Assembly: GCA_040954595.2 (NCBI GenBank)
Contig: CM082581.2
Span: forward strand, 4,456,699-4,520,698
Source of the DNA: Balanoglossus misakiensis
Taxonomy: Eukaryota > Animalia > Hemichordata
DNA length: 64,000 nt
Direction: 5' to 3'
Shown: positions 1 to 15,300 of the stretch, in pieces
Layout: the number at the start of each line of letters is the position of its first letter
Position numbering within the stretch: position 1 is the first letter of the stretch
Program-made: the position numbers and the translations under genes
The notes under the pieces: model-generated
Database searches by the model: none
Told to the model about the DNA's origin: nothing
Seen by the model: only the letters and a program-made list of their open reading frames with translations

Positions 1-3000
1 TCGAATTATAGGCCAGCTTCAGTTAGCACTAATAGCGTCACCCTAAACCCTATTTCTTCGCTGTAATAATGAATATCCGTAGATATAATTTTAGTGGAAA
101 GAGAACGCAAATATGCCAATGAATCCTGCCCTATGCAGCCTGTCCCCAGCGAATGCATTAATGCCGTCCGAGTATACTTCCTGTACCCGCTGGGCACGGT
201 GATAGTATCGACAAAACAAGTTCCATAGTTGATAACCTACATGCCGACAAAGGGTGAGGGCACACCAACCATCGAATCCACAGAGAGGTGAATGCGGGAA
301 GGCCGATGAGTGTCTTCAGCAAAAGAAAGCTCACGCGTATATAACCTTTTTACTGTTTTTCACATTAAACAGACGTAGCCTTACAAGTTAAGAAGTTCAT
401 TTGATCAAACTAACCCACTCTTCGTGTTATTAGCAATAAGTACACCTGATCACATTACTCCTTCACGAAAGCTGATCGAGTACACTCCAGAGTAACCATA
501 CCTATGACTCTTAACCGATTCACGAAAGATACCTACTCAACTCTTACTGATTTTAAAGTGGTTATCAGTTTACAACCAGAATTGGCAGTGCCTTTTGTTT
601 CCAATGGTACAACTCTTGTCAAGTTCCCGATCGCTCTTGATACCTCAGTGCTTAGCCGAGCGTTGGTGCAAAAATATGATTTCCACCGGAACTGACTGGA
701 CTGGACCCTACCGCTTCTGACAAACATAGTACATGTGAAATTAAACCTAGAACTCTTAACTCTGGCCAATACAGTACAGTACTGCAGGGTTTGTCAATGA
801 ATTGTGAATAAACAAGAGCTACATGATCTCAAATGTGGTCAGTCAGTCCCTCCTTCTAAACGCTTAGCTTGTAAAACTAAAATATAATTTAAAATGGTCA
901 CTATGTCTCCTTTACAATACACTTTATGAAAGAGTTGTTTTAACGGCCATTGCGCTTTTTTTTCTACAATTGCCCGTAAAATTAGTAATAGAATTGAATA
1001 ATATGTGTGTTTGTAGTACACTTTCTGAACAATTCACGTGAGACTGATATGTTTAACGGTCAATGCATTTTTTCGATGTTGTTCGTAAGAGCTACCCTAA
1101 TACAACTGCATGTCTTGCAGCAATGCATGTTGTCTATCAGATACATAAATATGTTTGTAGCTCGCGCGTGGTCTCTGCTGACATCAGCAGCATGGGAATT
1201 GCTGCACTGTAATTCAACTCTATCGACGTCATATGCCCCGACTCCATGAGGGTGCTGATATGCAAATCAAGCACCAATGCCTCGTGTAACTCTATTAGCG
1301 CACATTTCAATTATCCTAATTGGTCAGCCATTGACCCTCACAACATATGTTCACCCGTCGGCGTGAAAAATTGCTTAGCAGAGGAATTTCACTTCCTTGT
1401 TTTTTGTCCGAGGTTCCTACGGAGAGAATAGTTTCAACTCGCAATCATTGTATACGATCATTCAACGTAAAACTGGCACTGGCTTAACTAGGGTTGACGT
1501 AGTTACAGTCAAAAGGAAAACCGTTGCGCATCGATTTTTTAGACTTAATACGATTACCTGTAAAACACACCGCGGTCAATGACCTTTGCGTATAACGGGA
1601 TTTCATTAGCCGTACGTCACATGACATTCACTCTCCTCTGTGCCTAACTCACCGTAAACCTCGGGAATTTCAATCCAATCCTTCATTGATCTGTTTACGA
1701 AATGTAGGCTATCAATTAACTTGGTTGTACTCTGTCATTGGTTTCGATGTCCACGGCCACCGAGATTAAGATGGTCAGGGAGCATGCTCACTTACGATGT
1801 TAGGGACATCATAAGGGAAGAATTCTCCTTCTTGGATTTCTGTGAAGACTGACTAGATTTTACTAACCTTTTTACGGCAGGAGACCACATTAAAAAATCA
1901 GAGAGAACATGGTATACTGTAAATTCTCAATTTTCCTTTTGAGACCCTATTCACGCAAACGAAAGAAAGACAGAGAGACTTTTTCATGAAATAAATCTTC
2001 GCATCACTATTTAAATCATAAATTTAATTCGTGTCATATATCCGCTGTACGTCATCCCTGTGTCTGTAAAAGGTGCCGTGTTTGAGCATATATATCAAGT
2101 TGGGGTGAGCGATAAACAGCTACATGTACATGTATATCCGTTGGCTTACGGAAAATGAAATGAATTTACGAGCGTACAAAAGCAAAATATGAATACATGA
2201 GAATAGATGCTTGCTAATTAGATACACTATATAGGACCGGCCTCCTGTTGGTCTACCATACCTAGATAACCTCTGTCAGTGACAATATAGTATAGTACAT
2301 ATTCTCGGTGACGTTGGTCAGAAACTGCACTATGTGGCGTCGTTGATCAACAGAATTTAGCAATGACTTTACACCCTTTTACAACTGCACGATGTCCAAG
2401 CTCTTCCCTTGGGTTGACATATATTTGGCGATCATTCATAAACTAGAACTTCCGTGTACGGACACCTGTCCTCATAGACGATGTATAGCTCTCTCAGTGT
2501 TGGTAAAATTGGTGTATACAATGTACATGTAGCTGCTGTATATTTTCACGGAGATAATTTTTAACCAGCATGCACCTCGAACGCTGACGCCGTTTAGCCA
2601 TCGACAGTAGATTCTTCTTCTACAGCATGGCTGTTTTACAGATAATATAAAATCTCGAGTTTGGTTTTCACGGCCCACAGGTGACACGATACGGTGAATA
2701 TTTCTGTTCAAAGGCCGGCGACATTCCACTCTCGTCGGCATGATATGTCTGTCGATGCATCGGCGGCATATACCATGTCAAGCTCTGCCATTGATTTACA
2801 TTGTTTAGCGGAGATACAAACCTATCTCCCTTTTTTGTTTACTCTTTTTGCGACGATCCCATTGTACCTGTCTTAGACTATTGATCAGCTATGCACCAGC
2901 TGTATAAATGTATAGTATAAAGAAATTACAAGTCACTATACACAACTCCGTCATTCGGATAGATTTCCACGAATTGTTACTTCCACACATTCTGTGGATG

Positions 3001-3190
3001 TTTAACACATACACTCCATCTTGAATGTTCAAGAAAGCGCAAATGTTTCCTTGAAGCAATGTTAAACTAACAGTAGAAGGATCTGCACTGCATGTGTCTC
3101 CAAAAGCCTTGCCATGTGACGAAAGCATACGCCTCGCAAGGTCGACGTCCAGAACGAGACTTGCCTGTTAAACAGCGCCAGCTTCGACGA

Positions 3191-3337
3191 TATAAAGGCG
3201 AGGTATAAAAACTCCAGAGTGGCAGTTTGTTATCAGTGGGATCCCCGATAACGTTGACAGTTGTGTGTACGTGTAATTGGCACTGTCCGCGTGCGACTGC
3301 AAATGCTATCTTCTGTGCTGTCAGCTTAAAGGTAAGC
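3191..3337 (+). promoter_or_regulatory. Candidate core promoter and short first exon: TATA boxes, Inr, 5' splice donor
   Basis: TATAAAG at 3191 and TATAAAAA at 3204..3211. TCAGT Inr has its A at 3235, placing the second TATA at -31. Consensus donor AAG|GTAAGC at 3331/3332. Confidence 0.4.
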
Positions 3338-6300
3338 TTTTTTATACGACGACCCCGTGTCTATCTGAACATGTAGCTCACTGAGGCATCGAGTAATCGA
3401 TTAGTTTACATTGCTTCCGCGGTCCACTTCATTGGCTGCTACAGACCGACCGTTTTCACCCACTGCCTGCGTTCGTTCGATGGTGGCTTACCTGCAGAGT
3501 CCAAGTCACTAGATGACACGTGTGATACGTCGTGCGCGCTCGCTACTATACTATGTAGTACATACTAGTATATGAACGATATTTTAATCAATGTACAAGC
3601 AGCAAATTCGCAACGTGAAGTTGGCAAACATGGATATAAAGCGGCACTTAGAAAACTGTCGGACAACTTTCATCGGAGCTTGTATAATATCAAATCAAAA
3701 TTGAACTGTTTTTCAGAAACAAAGAAACCAAGGAAGTGATGCTATCGCGTCGGAAGTATCATTCAATGGGAACTCTTTAATACCGGTACTTCTATATCCT
3801 GTTTATGCAACGTTGTTTTGACGACATCGATTCGTGACAAAACACGATGCGTAATTGCCATTCGAATAATATTTGACCAGAACCCGTATACAAACCTAAC
3901 AATTATTCGCTGATTGCTTTGAAGGCGAAATTTTACGCGCGAGCGACGAAATGATCCCAAGTTAAGAATTTTGTTCACATAGGCCATCTGAATAATCAGA
4001 CCATTGAACCCTACCCCTCCTACTAGATTCAATTATATGGTTTTCTTATCGACAACGCCCATCGATTATCGACGACTGATGTAAATTTGTCTGCCCTGTG
4101 ACCTCTCACGAATATGTTGCTTTCGTCCGTCGTCTGAACTTGTTCGTTTTACCTGTGAATACAGAAAAAATATTTCAGTAAATCAACAAAATGCCTTTCC
4201 CACGATTTTATAAAGAATGATTATTTTTTTTCCGAGGTCATCTGTGAAAACATTTTGTAAATCGCACGTTTTAAGTTGATATTAATGAGAAGAGCAAAGC
4301 TGTTTAACAATCACAAGACTTAATAAAAAGTACTTAATTATCAAGGGCCATAATTTCATAATTGAGCCTTGCAAAGTCGAGGAAAGGAAGACCAAACAAA
4401 CATCTGATGAATATACAAAATGTAACATACAGTATGTAACATGAGGAAAAGTACAAATACAGCGGCGCGCCGGCTGCGTAGCTTATGAAGACCTTCTATT
4501 TTTATCACCCTTTGTCTGGGTTTTACTGTCTGGATCTATTTAAAAACTACCATTCACATATTACACAATTAAGCATTTTTATTGAAATCGACCTTTATCG
4601 TTATAATTGATTTAAAATGTATATTTTAAAAATACTTTTAAATGAAATCGCCTCTGTCATTTTACCCTGTGTAAATGTTGGTATAAAAGCAAAACCTGGC
4701 AAATCTGCGGTAGATGCTCATACATGTATGCATAAACATTCATTTTCTTGGAATTCTGGAAAGCTACTCATGGTCGATGGAATAACAAAACGTGGAAATC
4801 GATAGCTTACACACAGGCGGACATGTTTTCATTATCAACCTACTTTCTATATATACACCTTGCCAGAAAACACGGGCAGTTCAACAGTTGCCGGTTCATA
4901 TACTACAGTAATGTATCTGTAAATGCCATTACATATTACCATCCCGAAGAGTGGGTCGTTTTGATGCACAGCGCAATCGTTCTGAAATTCAAAATTAATA
5001 TTTGTGACAAAGAAAGCCAATTATTCATTTTTTAAAAAGATCTTTGAAAATTATTGCATGGTCGACCTTGGTATCGACGATAAATTTATTCACAAGTCTT
5101 TAATACACAATACGTTAAGTTATTTATACTTGTTTTATTTGTACTGCATAATTAATGGATGGGATTGTTTGCATGAATGAAGTAGTTCGATTTACATTTT
5201 ACTAAATCGTGAAACCTTCCCTCGTATTTTTGTATCATCTAGTTCAAACGAACATATATATCAAATCAATTTGGAAACGTTAAGTGTTCTTGGTATTTTG
5301 AAGATAGTAAGGCAGCAGATCCAAAATAATAACACAGGCCCGTTATCTTGTTCCATTGAATATGGTAATAGCGTAATAGTCGACATATCGACCGCTAACA
5401 GTCTATAAAGTTTTTTTTTATAAGATTGGTAATAGGTCGATAGTTACCAGTGACACATTTTTATGATACTTTATCGTTTTGATTTATTCACCATGCCACA
5501 TGCACATCGATAACATCAGCAAATAAAAAAAAATAGTGTGTAATTAATGAATTTTACAAAACAGACTCAGGTAAATATCAGAGCATGTTTAAAAAGCTTA
5601 AAAACATTTGTTACGACTTGTTATGTTCAAAGCCATTATTCGGACAGACAAGAAACAATTGTCTTTGCAAACTTACCACAAGAACAAATGAGTAGATCAC
5701 ACTCATGTCAACTTTTGTTGTCATACGATCCGAAATGGCGTGCTGGGCGGTCATTTCTCTCATTTTTTCATGTACAGAGCTACATGTACTATAGGCAGAC
5801 ATAACTGAACAGAATTCATTGAAACTTGAAAATGTTCAATGGTACGCATTTACACGCCAATGTGTGTCGCGATCTATTTCTGTATCCAGACGGCCATTTT
5901 GCTTGTTTTGTGATTCGTTTCAGTTTGACACTGCGAAACATTTTCAGAAACATTTTGCACTGAGACATGCCATCTTACCATGATCTTCCCAATCGTTGCT
6001 TACCAGTAATCCAATTATCTAAGGTGACTGTGTCATTGACGATGACATTTGACGGAAACCCACCTGGTTAACAGGAAAAGGAAAATGTGCTATTTTAACG
6101 TTTCACGACTGTCACTCTCGTCTAGACGCTTCTCAAATGTCACTTCTCTCAGGAATTATCCCAATCATAGTAATATCAGCCACACTTTGGCACGCAGCCA
6201 ACTTGACGTCAATCAATGACGTTTAAGGGAGTTAATTTCGAAACACGTTGCGAAATGAACAAAGTTCCTGTCCACTTGATATTAAACATTTAAAAGATTA

Positions 6301-9300
6301 CCGACGACACCATTTGACAACTTCATTAGTCATATTGCAGACAGTGATACAGAAAATCTTTTTAACTACACTGTTTGTCTTAGGAAACCTATAGCACTTG
6401 TCATGAAACTCACCCGATTCACACTCGCTTTTTTTTGGTTTTACATTGTATTTGTTGCAACGTACCCAAAATCACCGAGTACCTTGGATTAGATACTGCG
6501 TTTCCAGGGAAACATCGTATAATCTACGATGATGAAAGTGAATGTGTGTGGCACAGCACAAAGTGCAGTCCAGTTTATAGAAAGATGATTTGTATTGTAC
6601 ATGTTGACATCATTGTTGATAACACTTGGGGAAGTTTCATGTCAATACATGAAATTAGAAGGTAACGCTGGGATGATTTCACCGAGTTAGGGAGTACATG
6701 TATTTTCAAGAATCTCGCCGTTCAAAGACCCTGTAAACGACTGTAGTACACTGGATAGTTTGCACTCTGCATTGGGATTGCTATTTAAATGATTTAAATG
6801 ATGACAATCAAAATTTACACGAATAATGCATTTCAGCTTTAGGATAGACATGGAATATTTATTTATTTATTACTATTTATTTTATTTTTATTTATCTTGG
6901 TTACATTGGCGCTTTTCAAAGACGCGACCATTTTTGTATCTGTACTCTGACGTGCCTCTCTATATAATAACTAAGCATAGAGATAATCACATAGTGCAAA
7001 TTCACATACTTGATTCACTGCTATGCTTTATCTAACACTAAACTGATAAGCTTGATAACATTTTGATGGAAACAAACGGAAAACATAGTATGAATAATCG
7101 AGGTCAACAAGACATAATATGAGAACTGGCATCCGTAATCTGCAGTATAGTAAATGCAATATAGGTTTATATATAGAACTGGTCCAGATCATAATGATAA
7201 ACCAATCATGTACATTTAATAGCGACACAAAGATTACGACGGAGGGATTGTTATTTGTGTATATGTCCAAATGTCAAAATTTTGACAACATCTTCCATTT
7301 TGTATTGTGGCGGTGGTCGCATTGATACCGTAATTATCTTACATGTGTCCAATTTCCTGTTTATGTCGCTTCACAAACTGAAATAACTTAATTTCCATAC
7401 ACAAGTCAGCGATGAACACAGTCTATTCACTTCCTAATTAAATGATGATTCTGTGTGTATTGTGTGTCAGACGTTCTCTCACGGGAAATTTGATAATGAA
7501 ATATCTCCCCGCCTCAATAATTTCACACACTCTGGTCGACCAGATCATGCGCGAAGGTGATGATCGTGTCAACAGTGGTTTTTGTCGTCAAAGTAGCAAT
7601 GCTTGTGCGATAAACAACCGTTTCATTCGCTCATTTCATCCTTTATCACCCCCACCGTCATAAAGCCCAAGTCTTTTATACACCTGAAACGTTGCCTTTT
7701 GTTGTGGCTTGTTTTCAACCTCCTGCATTGATCTTTCACGGGCGTTTAATTTCTTTCTTTGGCAGGCCTACAATGTGTTTACATGTGGATATGTGAGAGA
7801 GCGTGTTTACATAAGATGACGAACCATTCTATCTCTGATTACACAAAACAATATCTCCTAAGTTTAAATTAAAGTAACCTTCTCATGCAGTCAATAACAC
7901 CCGAATTTTTCCTCGTATAAATGCAAATCCCACTGAACATTAACGCGATCGATATAAAGTTGGAGTGTTCGACCGTTTCAAGAGACGCGGTCGATACTTC
8001 GGTCGCCCTTAAATTAAACCTTCCCTCTCTCTCTCTCCCTGAAGTTAACGGCAAGGCGGTATTGTCGTAAGTACACCGAGTGTGTGTTTATTGACGACGC
8101 TTCATGACCAACAAATTGCATTTCTTATAAATCATAATTAAACAGTCTGGTTGGTTGTCAAAAAGGGATCAAAAATAAGGTCGAAAACCTCTGACTGTGG
8201 AATCATCATTTTGTATATGTAACACGACAAAGCAAATTTTGATATTAACTCTCGCTATCAAAACGTGACCTACAGTGTATGTGTAAGAATATTGTCTCTG
8301 TTTACCGACGTCGTCATCATCGAGACAGCTTTTACACTGTCTATGGCTATACAATATACATATAGTTATACACTGTCAAGGCAATCCGAATACTTGAGGC
8401 GCAGTTTTGGAACTCTTCGGTTGGCCATGGTTATAGGTGCGTTTCTTTATATTTGCAAAACACGCCAGAATTTTTGGCATCGTTTATTCCTCACAAAGAA
8501 GACAAACAGTCTCACGACGAAATCCATTTTTCGCCTCGCCTAAATATGAATAAATGGCCATCAAATACCGATAATCATTAATAAGTCTGGTAACAATCGG
8601 TAGACCTTTAGTTTTCCAGTGTTATTGTTTCAAGTCAGAAGAGATGAGTTTGATTGTCCGCAGCAGAGATCAGAGTCGCGTCCATGGCCCGGATTTCGGA
8701 GGTGGTATCCGACATACAACACAGTCAAGCAAGCTATGCCGTATAGGTTTTCACGCGGCAGATCGTCGCCATATTAGCATGTTGCAGACGTCCGCAAAAT
8801 GTGTTGAACAGAAAGTTAATCAGTAAAAGTCAATGAATCGGCGAGCAGGAAAAAGTACAGCGAGCGAGCAAGTCGAGACTGTAATTGGGAGAAAATCGAT
8901 TTTCTATTCTCATTTGAACAATGTTACCTTTGTGAGTTTTTTTCATTTCAACTTGATTTTATTTGTTGATGCATATAGTGGCTCTCGGCGTGACAATGGA
9001 TGCAATGTACAGAGTTAAAGACTGCCTAAACACCGCATGGTTGCTTAAACGAAATGAGACGAGGAAAGTTGAATAGGAGAGCTGATCCCGAAATGTGGTG
9101 ATTTACATAGATATGACAGAATCAAACAAACATGATCATTCTCCACAGAAATATTAGCATTCAATAATTGCGTATATGCACACTATGCAATTCAAATTCG
9201 AGGTTGAAAATTAGAAACGGTTGCTATGGCAATGGGGAGGGGTGACTATAAACTAGTGCCCGTATATCGTTTCATCCGATGAAAACAGAAATATCTACCG

Positions 9301-12300
9301 GCCAACAACATAAAACCGATAGTTAATTTGCATACCTATATTTAATGTCTCTACGTATACACATACCATTATTCATCATCTTTTAACAGCAACGTGGCGG
9401 TCATATTAAACCCAAAATAGCAGATCGTTCTACCAAACAAATCTATCATCCTGGACAGAAACAGATGTTAAGTGTCCCCCGGACGTTTTTAGTTTCACGG
9501 TTGTGACGTTTTCCCCGAGTAGTAATATGATTGATTTTCTGGAGATTTTTATCTGATTTATTGATTTTTTTTCAGCCGTTGCATCAATGCTTATTGTAAT
9601 CAAACGTACACGTGTACTTCAAGTTTCCGGCTTACTTAGCCTCCCTTGGTATTGGATTTTTGTCCCCTGGGGAATGTTTTTTTTTTTGCATTCGTAGTTT
9701 CTATTCTTTTTTACATCAGACTTGGCGACAAGCAAAATCGAAAGGCAATGCATTAAAAAAATACCATGAAAGAAAAATGACTCGGTCGCCTCCACCACTG
9801 ACGCGATTGCTATGGCTCTATGTGACAACATGTATTAATAAAATTCAAACTGACAAAACCGTCATATCATTCAAATATTTTGTAACGTATTCGTTGTCCG
9901 CTCTGCCACCACAAAGTAAAACGCCACCAACGTCCAAACTCCACTTTCCCCGCTGCAGCTCTGTCTGTGTTCCGTCTCCAAGGGAAACAGCAGGCTGGAC
10001 TAGTTCAAACTGAGCAGACTGTAGAAATACATGTTGTAAAACCCACTGCTAAGTTTCAAGTTTCTGTGGAAACCGCTGCGTGCACCCATGGACTCGACGT
10101 GGCGTTTTTAATCATTCGAAATTACTTGGACGTGTGCCGAAGGCTATTAAATTGGTAGAAGGCAAAATAAAGGCAGCGAGTATTCTACGCATTCCCATCG
10201 TATGGCGCTGCTAATCAATGGAATTAAGTCACCTCATAATAAGAAAATAACTTACGTCCTCTCGCCATGCAAACGCCTTGTCTTCAGAGACCACCAGCGC
10301 TTAATTAATTAAAGTTAAAAGTCCAGCCAGATCACTGATCACCGGCCGTCTATATTTGGCATTTAATAAAATGGTATTTCAGGACGAAGTGTGCTTTATT
10401 TAGAACTTGAAACTGTTTAGAACAAGCGTATATAGCTGTTGCTTTATTAATGCTATTAATAGAAACAAACTCTGCAACGAATGTATCGTATGGACTGTAC
10501 TTATTTTGAGTCAATCAAGTCGCACGTATCATCCGAATGGAAAGAAAGAGCCAGGAGCCCCGGTGCTGCCGTCTCTCAATACTTGTCGCCGTGCTTTTTA
10601 TTGAACAGTAAATTGGCTTTGGCTAACCGTAAGGGATTTGACTGCGTATGAGTAACGCTCGAAGCCCATTGGCTGACGCCAGTGGAAGTGTTGCATATTG
10701 AAATCAACTGAAGCCGGCAGCGGAAAAGGTACTGTCCGTGCGTATGTGTGACACCAGCGCGTAGTGGTGGCAGCGTCTTTACTGCCTGGATGAACGCGGG
10801 GGTCTTCGTGAGACTGTGTCCCAGACTGCACAAAACGCTGGCAGCGAACGGCTCTTCCTCGTGCTTTGTGAACGGACCGACTGCGTCTATACCTGGGTTT
10901 GCTGGCGACGACATTCGATTAAAACCCACATCCTCCTCAGGTAAATTGATCCAGACATTTCTTTCCACTTTCGAGTTACGCCATAACACTATTGTTCTTA
11001 CAAACACATGCGTAGTCGCCGTAATCACAGTTTATGTAAACCACTCTTAATACACAGGCGGAGTGCAGAGGCGTCTGGCTTGGCGTGGACGTCCAATCCA
11101 AATCAATTCCAATGTAGCAGCTTGGAAAAGACAAGCAGCCACTTAATACAACTTGATGTTAGACTGTAACTTAGACTCCAGTGCCTGATATATCATGATA
11201 AGTCAATTGACTTAAGCGCGAGTGATTTTCAAGTGCTACATTATAACTGCCAATATGCGCTTATCGTCTGACCATTATAGCAACCCATACAGAATTCAAA
11301 CGAACGTCGACTCACTACTTGCTTGTATTGAAATCACAATTATTTCAGCACCAGCTGTCATGACATGGTTGTACACCGTTTCAAAAAAGGTTATACAGTT
11401 TTATATGTGCGCTTCACATGCTAATATGGATATTTTCAGTACAGTATTATAGCATTGACACGCAAATGCATAATCTTGCCGACTGAAAATGCGTTTGAAA
11501 CCTATTCGGACATGTATAGGAAAAATATGTGCAATGTGTAGCCCCCGTGGTCATGTCTGTGTCATCGATATCGTAAAATGACTTATCATATTTGACGCAA
11601 ATTTAATAGCCGGAATGAAAAAGGGGTTAAATTTTTGTGGACGTGGATTGCGTATTAATTTCATACCGGAAGATCAATTTTGTAATGATAATCCTGGTCT
11701 ATGGACGTGGTGGCAGTATGGCATATACTCAGAATTATTGCGTCAATTTGATGAACCTACAATCTCATAAGGATATGATAGTATTATGTATGCAAATTTA
11801 CAGCTAATTTACACATTTCATTAACTACATGACGAAAATATCTGCACCACATAAACTAATTATTAATTTGCACATCGAATACAATTTTGGAGTCAGTTTT
11901 ATAATTCCACCTTTCTTGCACCAAGTTGATGAAACTAGCTGAAATATAGCCTTACGGCTGCATGACTGACTTGACGAAAAGAATTCAACTTTTCTTGGCA
12001 TTTATGTCAACCATATATGATGAAAGGTGGCCGCAGATATTGATGTGTCATCAGATCTGATTGTACTGAGGAATATTCTGTATATTGTCAGTTAACTGTT
12101 AATTTTCATATTTAATTAGTCTTTGTATGTCCAAAATTACTACACCACCATCTGTTGAAATTACCAGTCACTGCTGTGGCGCGTGGCTACAGACTATAAT
12201 GGCAAGAACAATTCTAACCACACGGAGGCGTATTCAGTCCACATCTGGTATCAAAACTAGTTGTAATTGGCCATAAACAAGTCTCAAATACTTTACTCCC

Positions 12301-15300
12301 ATGATCATGTGCGCTTACCCATTCCGGACACCTGGTACCACCACTTCATAGAGGTTTGAAGACGACCCTGTTGTTATTGTCAGTTTTTTTCTCCGTAAGT
12401 TGTACCTGGCAACTGTCTTCCCTTGGATGAAAATGGCTATGGGAACTGATTTGAGGATTTTATTACTTTTGGTGGGTCTGTTTGTAAGCGGAGTATACAT
12501 TGTACCTACAGTTTGTAGGTTTGTTGTACATGTTGTAGGGAGTTCGTGTGCTTATGTGTCACGTTGGTTCGTATAGATGAGACCTTGATTTGCGAGCGAC
12601 CGCGTGCTGAGGTGACCGTACTTACATGGGACCCCTGGACTACCAGACGCTATGTTGTTTCTATGGCGTGACCTTTTGTGTCGAGCATGCATTGCATGAT
12701 CTGCGATCTTCCCCGGCAGGCAATCTCGTTCTACTAAGTAGATGTTTACTCTGTCCAGATTGAAGTCGAGGAAATTGCCTAATTATTTTGTTAGTAAAAC
12801 GATTCTATCATTTTGACTGATGATGGCGATAAAATGGACGCGTGCGAGGCGACGCTTTATTTCCACCAAGGCGTCTGGGATTCTGACGAAAATACAACGT
12901 CGCGGAATGGAAAGAAGAATAGGCGTATACCGCGCCACGTTCGTCAGATACGCAGCTAACGACGTCCATTTACCGTACTATGTCGGAATGTGTTTTTTTT
13001 CTGACGCAAGACTATTATTTTAGCAGACAAAAAACACTGAGATTTGCTAATATTGACCTAGTAGGGAAGCGAGCAAGCCATTTGCTTTGAAAAGGGATGG
13101 GGACCTTTCAATGCAAATGGGGTACTTTGAACGTGAATCCGTGTCAGTGACACCCATTGGCAGACTTACCCGGAGGATAACTTATATCATGTCCACATTT
13201 ACCCTCGGCAATTCCATCAGCAGCGTCTATAAGTTCCACGCGCTGTCTGCATCGGACGTATTGCAGTGACTAAATAGCATGAGAAAAGTCTTATCGCTGC
13301 TTGTAAACCGTGATAAAGTCTCCATGATGTGAACGGAATTACTAGCACCGTTTGCATGTACATTATAATTGTTTTTAGACAGTATGAAAAACAATTTGAA
13401 CGTCGAAGTACAGTGATATAAGAGAGCTGATAATTCTCTTATGTCATTTCTTAGTAGGGTCTTACTCATAGTGACACGGCAGGTACTAGTATATATGTAC
13501 CATCCACACGCTTAGAGTTCGATGTAAAGCTAGAATATTAACTACACAGTAACGCGCTATGCCTTTCTGCATAATTATTTCGCATTCTCGATTTTTCCAA
13601 CAAGGTTTTGCCATTTGCTAACCAACAGGGGTAAACGATCTCATCAAGGCGTGTCCCCATTCACGATGGCCCGACAATCTAGAAAAGTCGCCGATCAACG
13701 GAGAAAACTCATTATAATTTGACGTTTCTTTCTTGGCGGTGGACGTACGTGAGGATGTGTTGAACATCTTCTTTTGAGTTGGGACTGAACTTGATTAGTG
13801 CCTATGGCAACTATTTTTCAGTCCTATTCTCATTGTAAACCAAACTGTTGTCGTTTTTCCCTTTCAATTTGTTTGTTTGATTATTATGAGAATAAACTAT
13901 TATTATTATTATCTACACCCAAATATTTGGCAAAATTGACAATAAAACGCAATTCCCAGGTGAATGTACTTATGATTAGTTCTGATATCGGGGTCAAACT
14001 CTTTTGATAAGGATAAATTCTTCGCAGTCAAATATTAATTAGTTTACTCAGGGAAAGAGAAATGAATTGCACCTATCAAAGTGTAGAGCATACGGTTAAT
14101 TAATCTTGAATTATTAAAAGAAAATTACAAAGAAAGTACTGGGGTTCTGGAAGCGACTGAGTTGAAGGTCTTCATTGCTCATATTCCTAAAAGGTCATAC
14201 GAGGTCAAGGATAGGCGTGCCGTTGTTTTATATATATATACGCACTGGATTACTCGATAAGAAATAAGAACCGCACGTGCACGATGTAAAGATCAAAGAA
14301 ATGAAAGAGAAACGGGACATGGCAGGGTTGTCTATCACGATCGTTAAGCAGTTCAGGAAGATTCACCTTTCGAGTGAATTTTGATGAATTAAGACTTCTT
14401 TAAAAATGTCATTTCTTCTCTTCTTCTCTATACTAGCGTTGAACCATGAGTCATAGCGTGATTTCGGATCTTCCCCAGCGAGGAATTCGTCAGGCATTTG
14501 GGAAATCAGATACTGGACACTTTGAAATCTGAAGGTGAATTGGCATTTAATTCCTACAGAAGTGAGGGCTAAATAACGCTAAATTAGTATCACATACATG
14601 TATAGGTGATCAATAAAGACTTTCGTTGGTTTTGCGAAACTCAAATATCGGCTGTTCATTTCGGGCAAGAAAAATAGATAATATATTTTAGGTTTTTTTA
14701 AGAATGATCGAGGTGATCGCTGAGTTTTTATTTGCAGGTTTAAAGGAAAGTACAAAATAAGATATAAATCTCTGGTGTATCGTGTGCGCACCACGGAAAT
14801 GTCGGCAGCTGTAGATATCGTATTGCCAGGTATTTTGCAATTTGCCGCATACAGTATATGTACAAACAAACCAAAGGTTTAATGAATGAAATCCTAACAG
14901 AAATTACTTCTTCAACGCTTGACGCAAACAAGAAACAGAATAACCTTATTTTCTGACAGGCGTAATTTTCTAAAACTTCGCTTTTTTCTTGGTTTGAATC
15001 ATTAGAGAGATAATTGGAAATTTTCGGCAAAAGGATTCAGTTGATTGTTTCCTCAACGATATTGAGGGAATATCATGGTGGATTTGCTCTTCAGTTGCAT
15101 GAAAGAAATACACACTTCTTACTGTTTGTGTTTACCGTACACACACTGAAGAATCTGAACGAAGGTAATCTGGTCAGGGTAAACACCTCTAGATCAAGTA
15201 CCGCTTTTAACCGATCCTATTTCCAATGTTTATGATGTTCATTCCGCTGTCTGCATTGCCTTTGTGTGCAGAAAGACATTTGAAAATCATAGTGAAGACG

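Noticed and set aside
1-66. SNYRPAS reading resembling the LINE reverse transcriptase NYRPIS motif
   Set aside because: A stop follows within 20 codons and no further RT motifs appear.
300-335. CCGATGAG...GAAA hammerhead-ribozyme-like core
   Set aside because: It lacks the CTGA core and a paired stem II.
11343-11362. REST/RE1 left half-site TTCAGCACC
   Set aside because: The GGACAG right half is absent; no full RE1 site was found near the receptor.
11371-11650. Tc1/mariner-like left end TACACCGTTTCAAAAAAGG
   Set aside because: No convincing matching right TIR; at best a decayed relic.
12315-12510. Minus-strand 61-aa ORF ending at a GTAAGC donor-like site
   Set aside because: Weak acceptor, no recognisable homology and no partner exons found.
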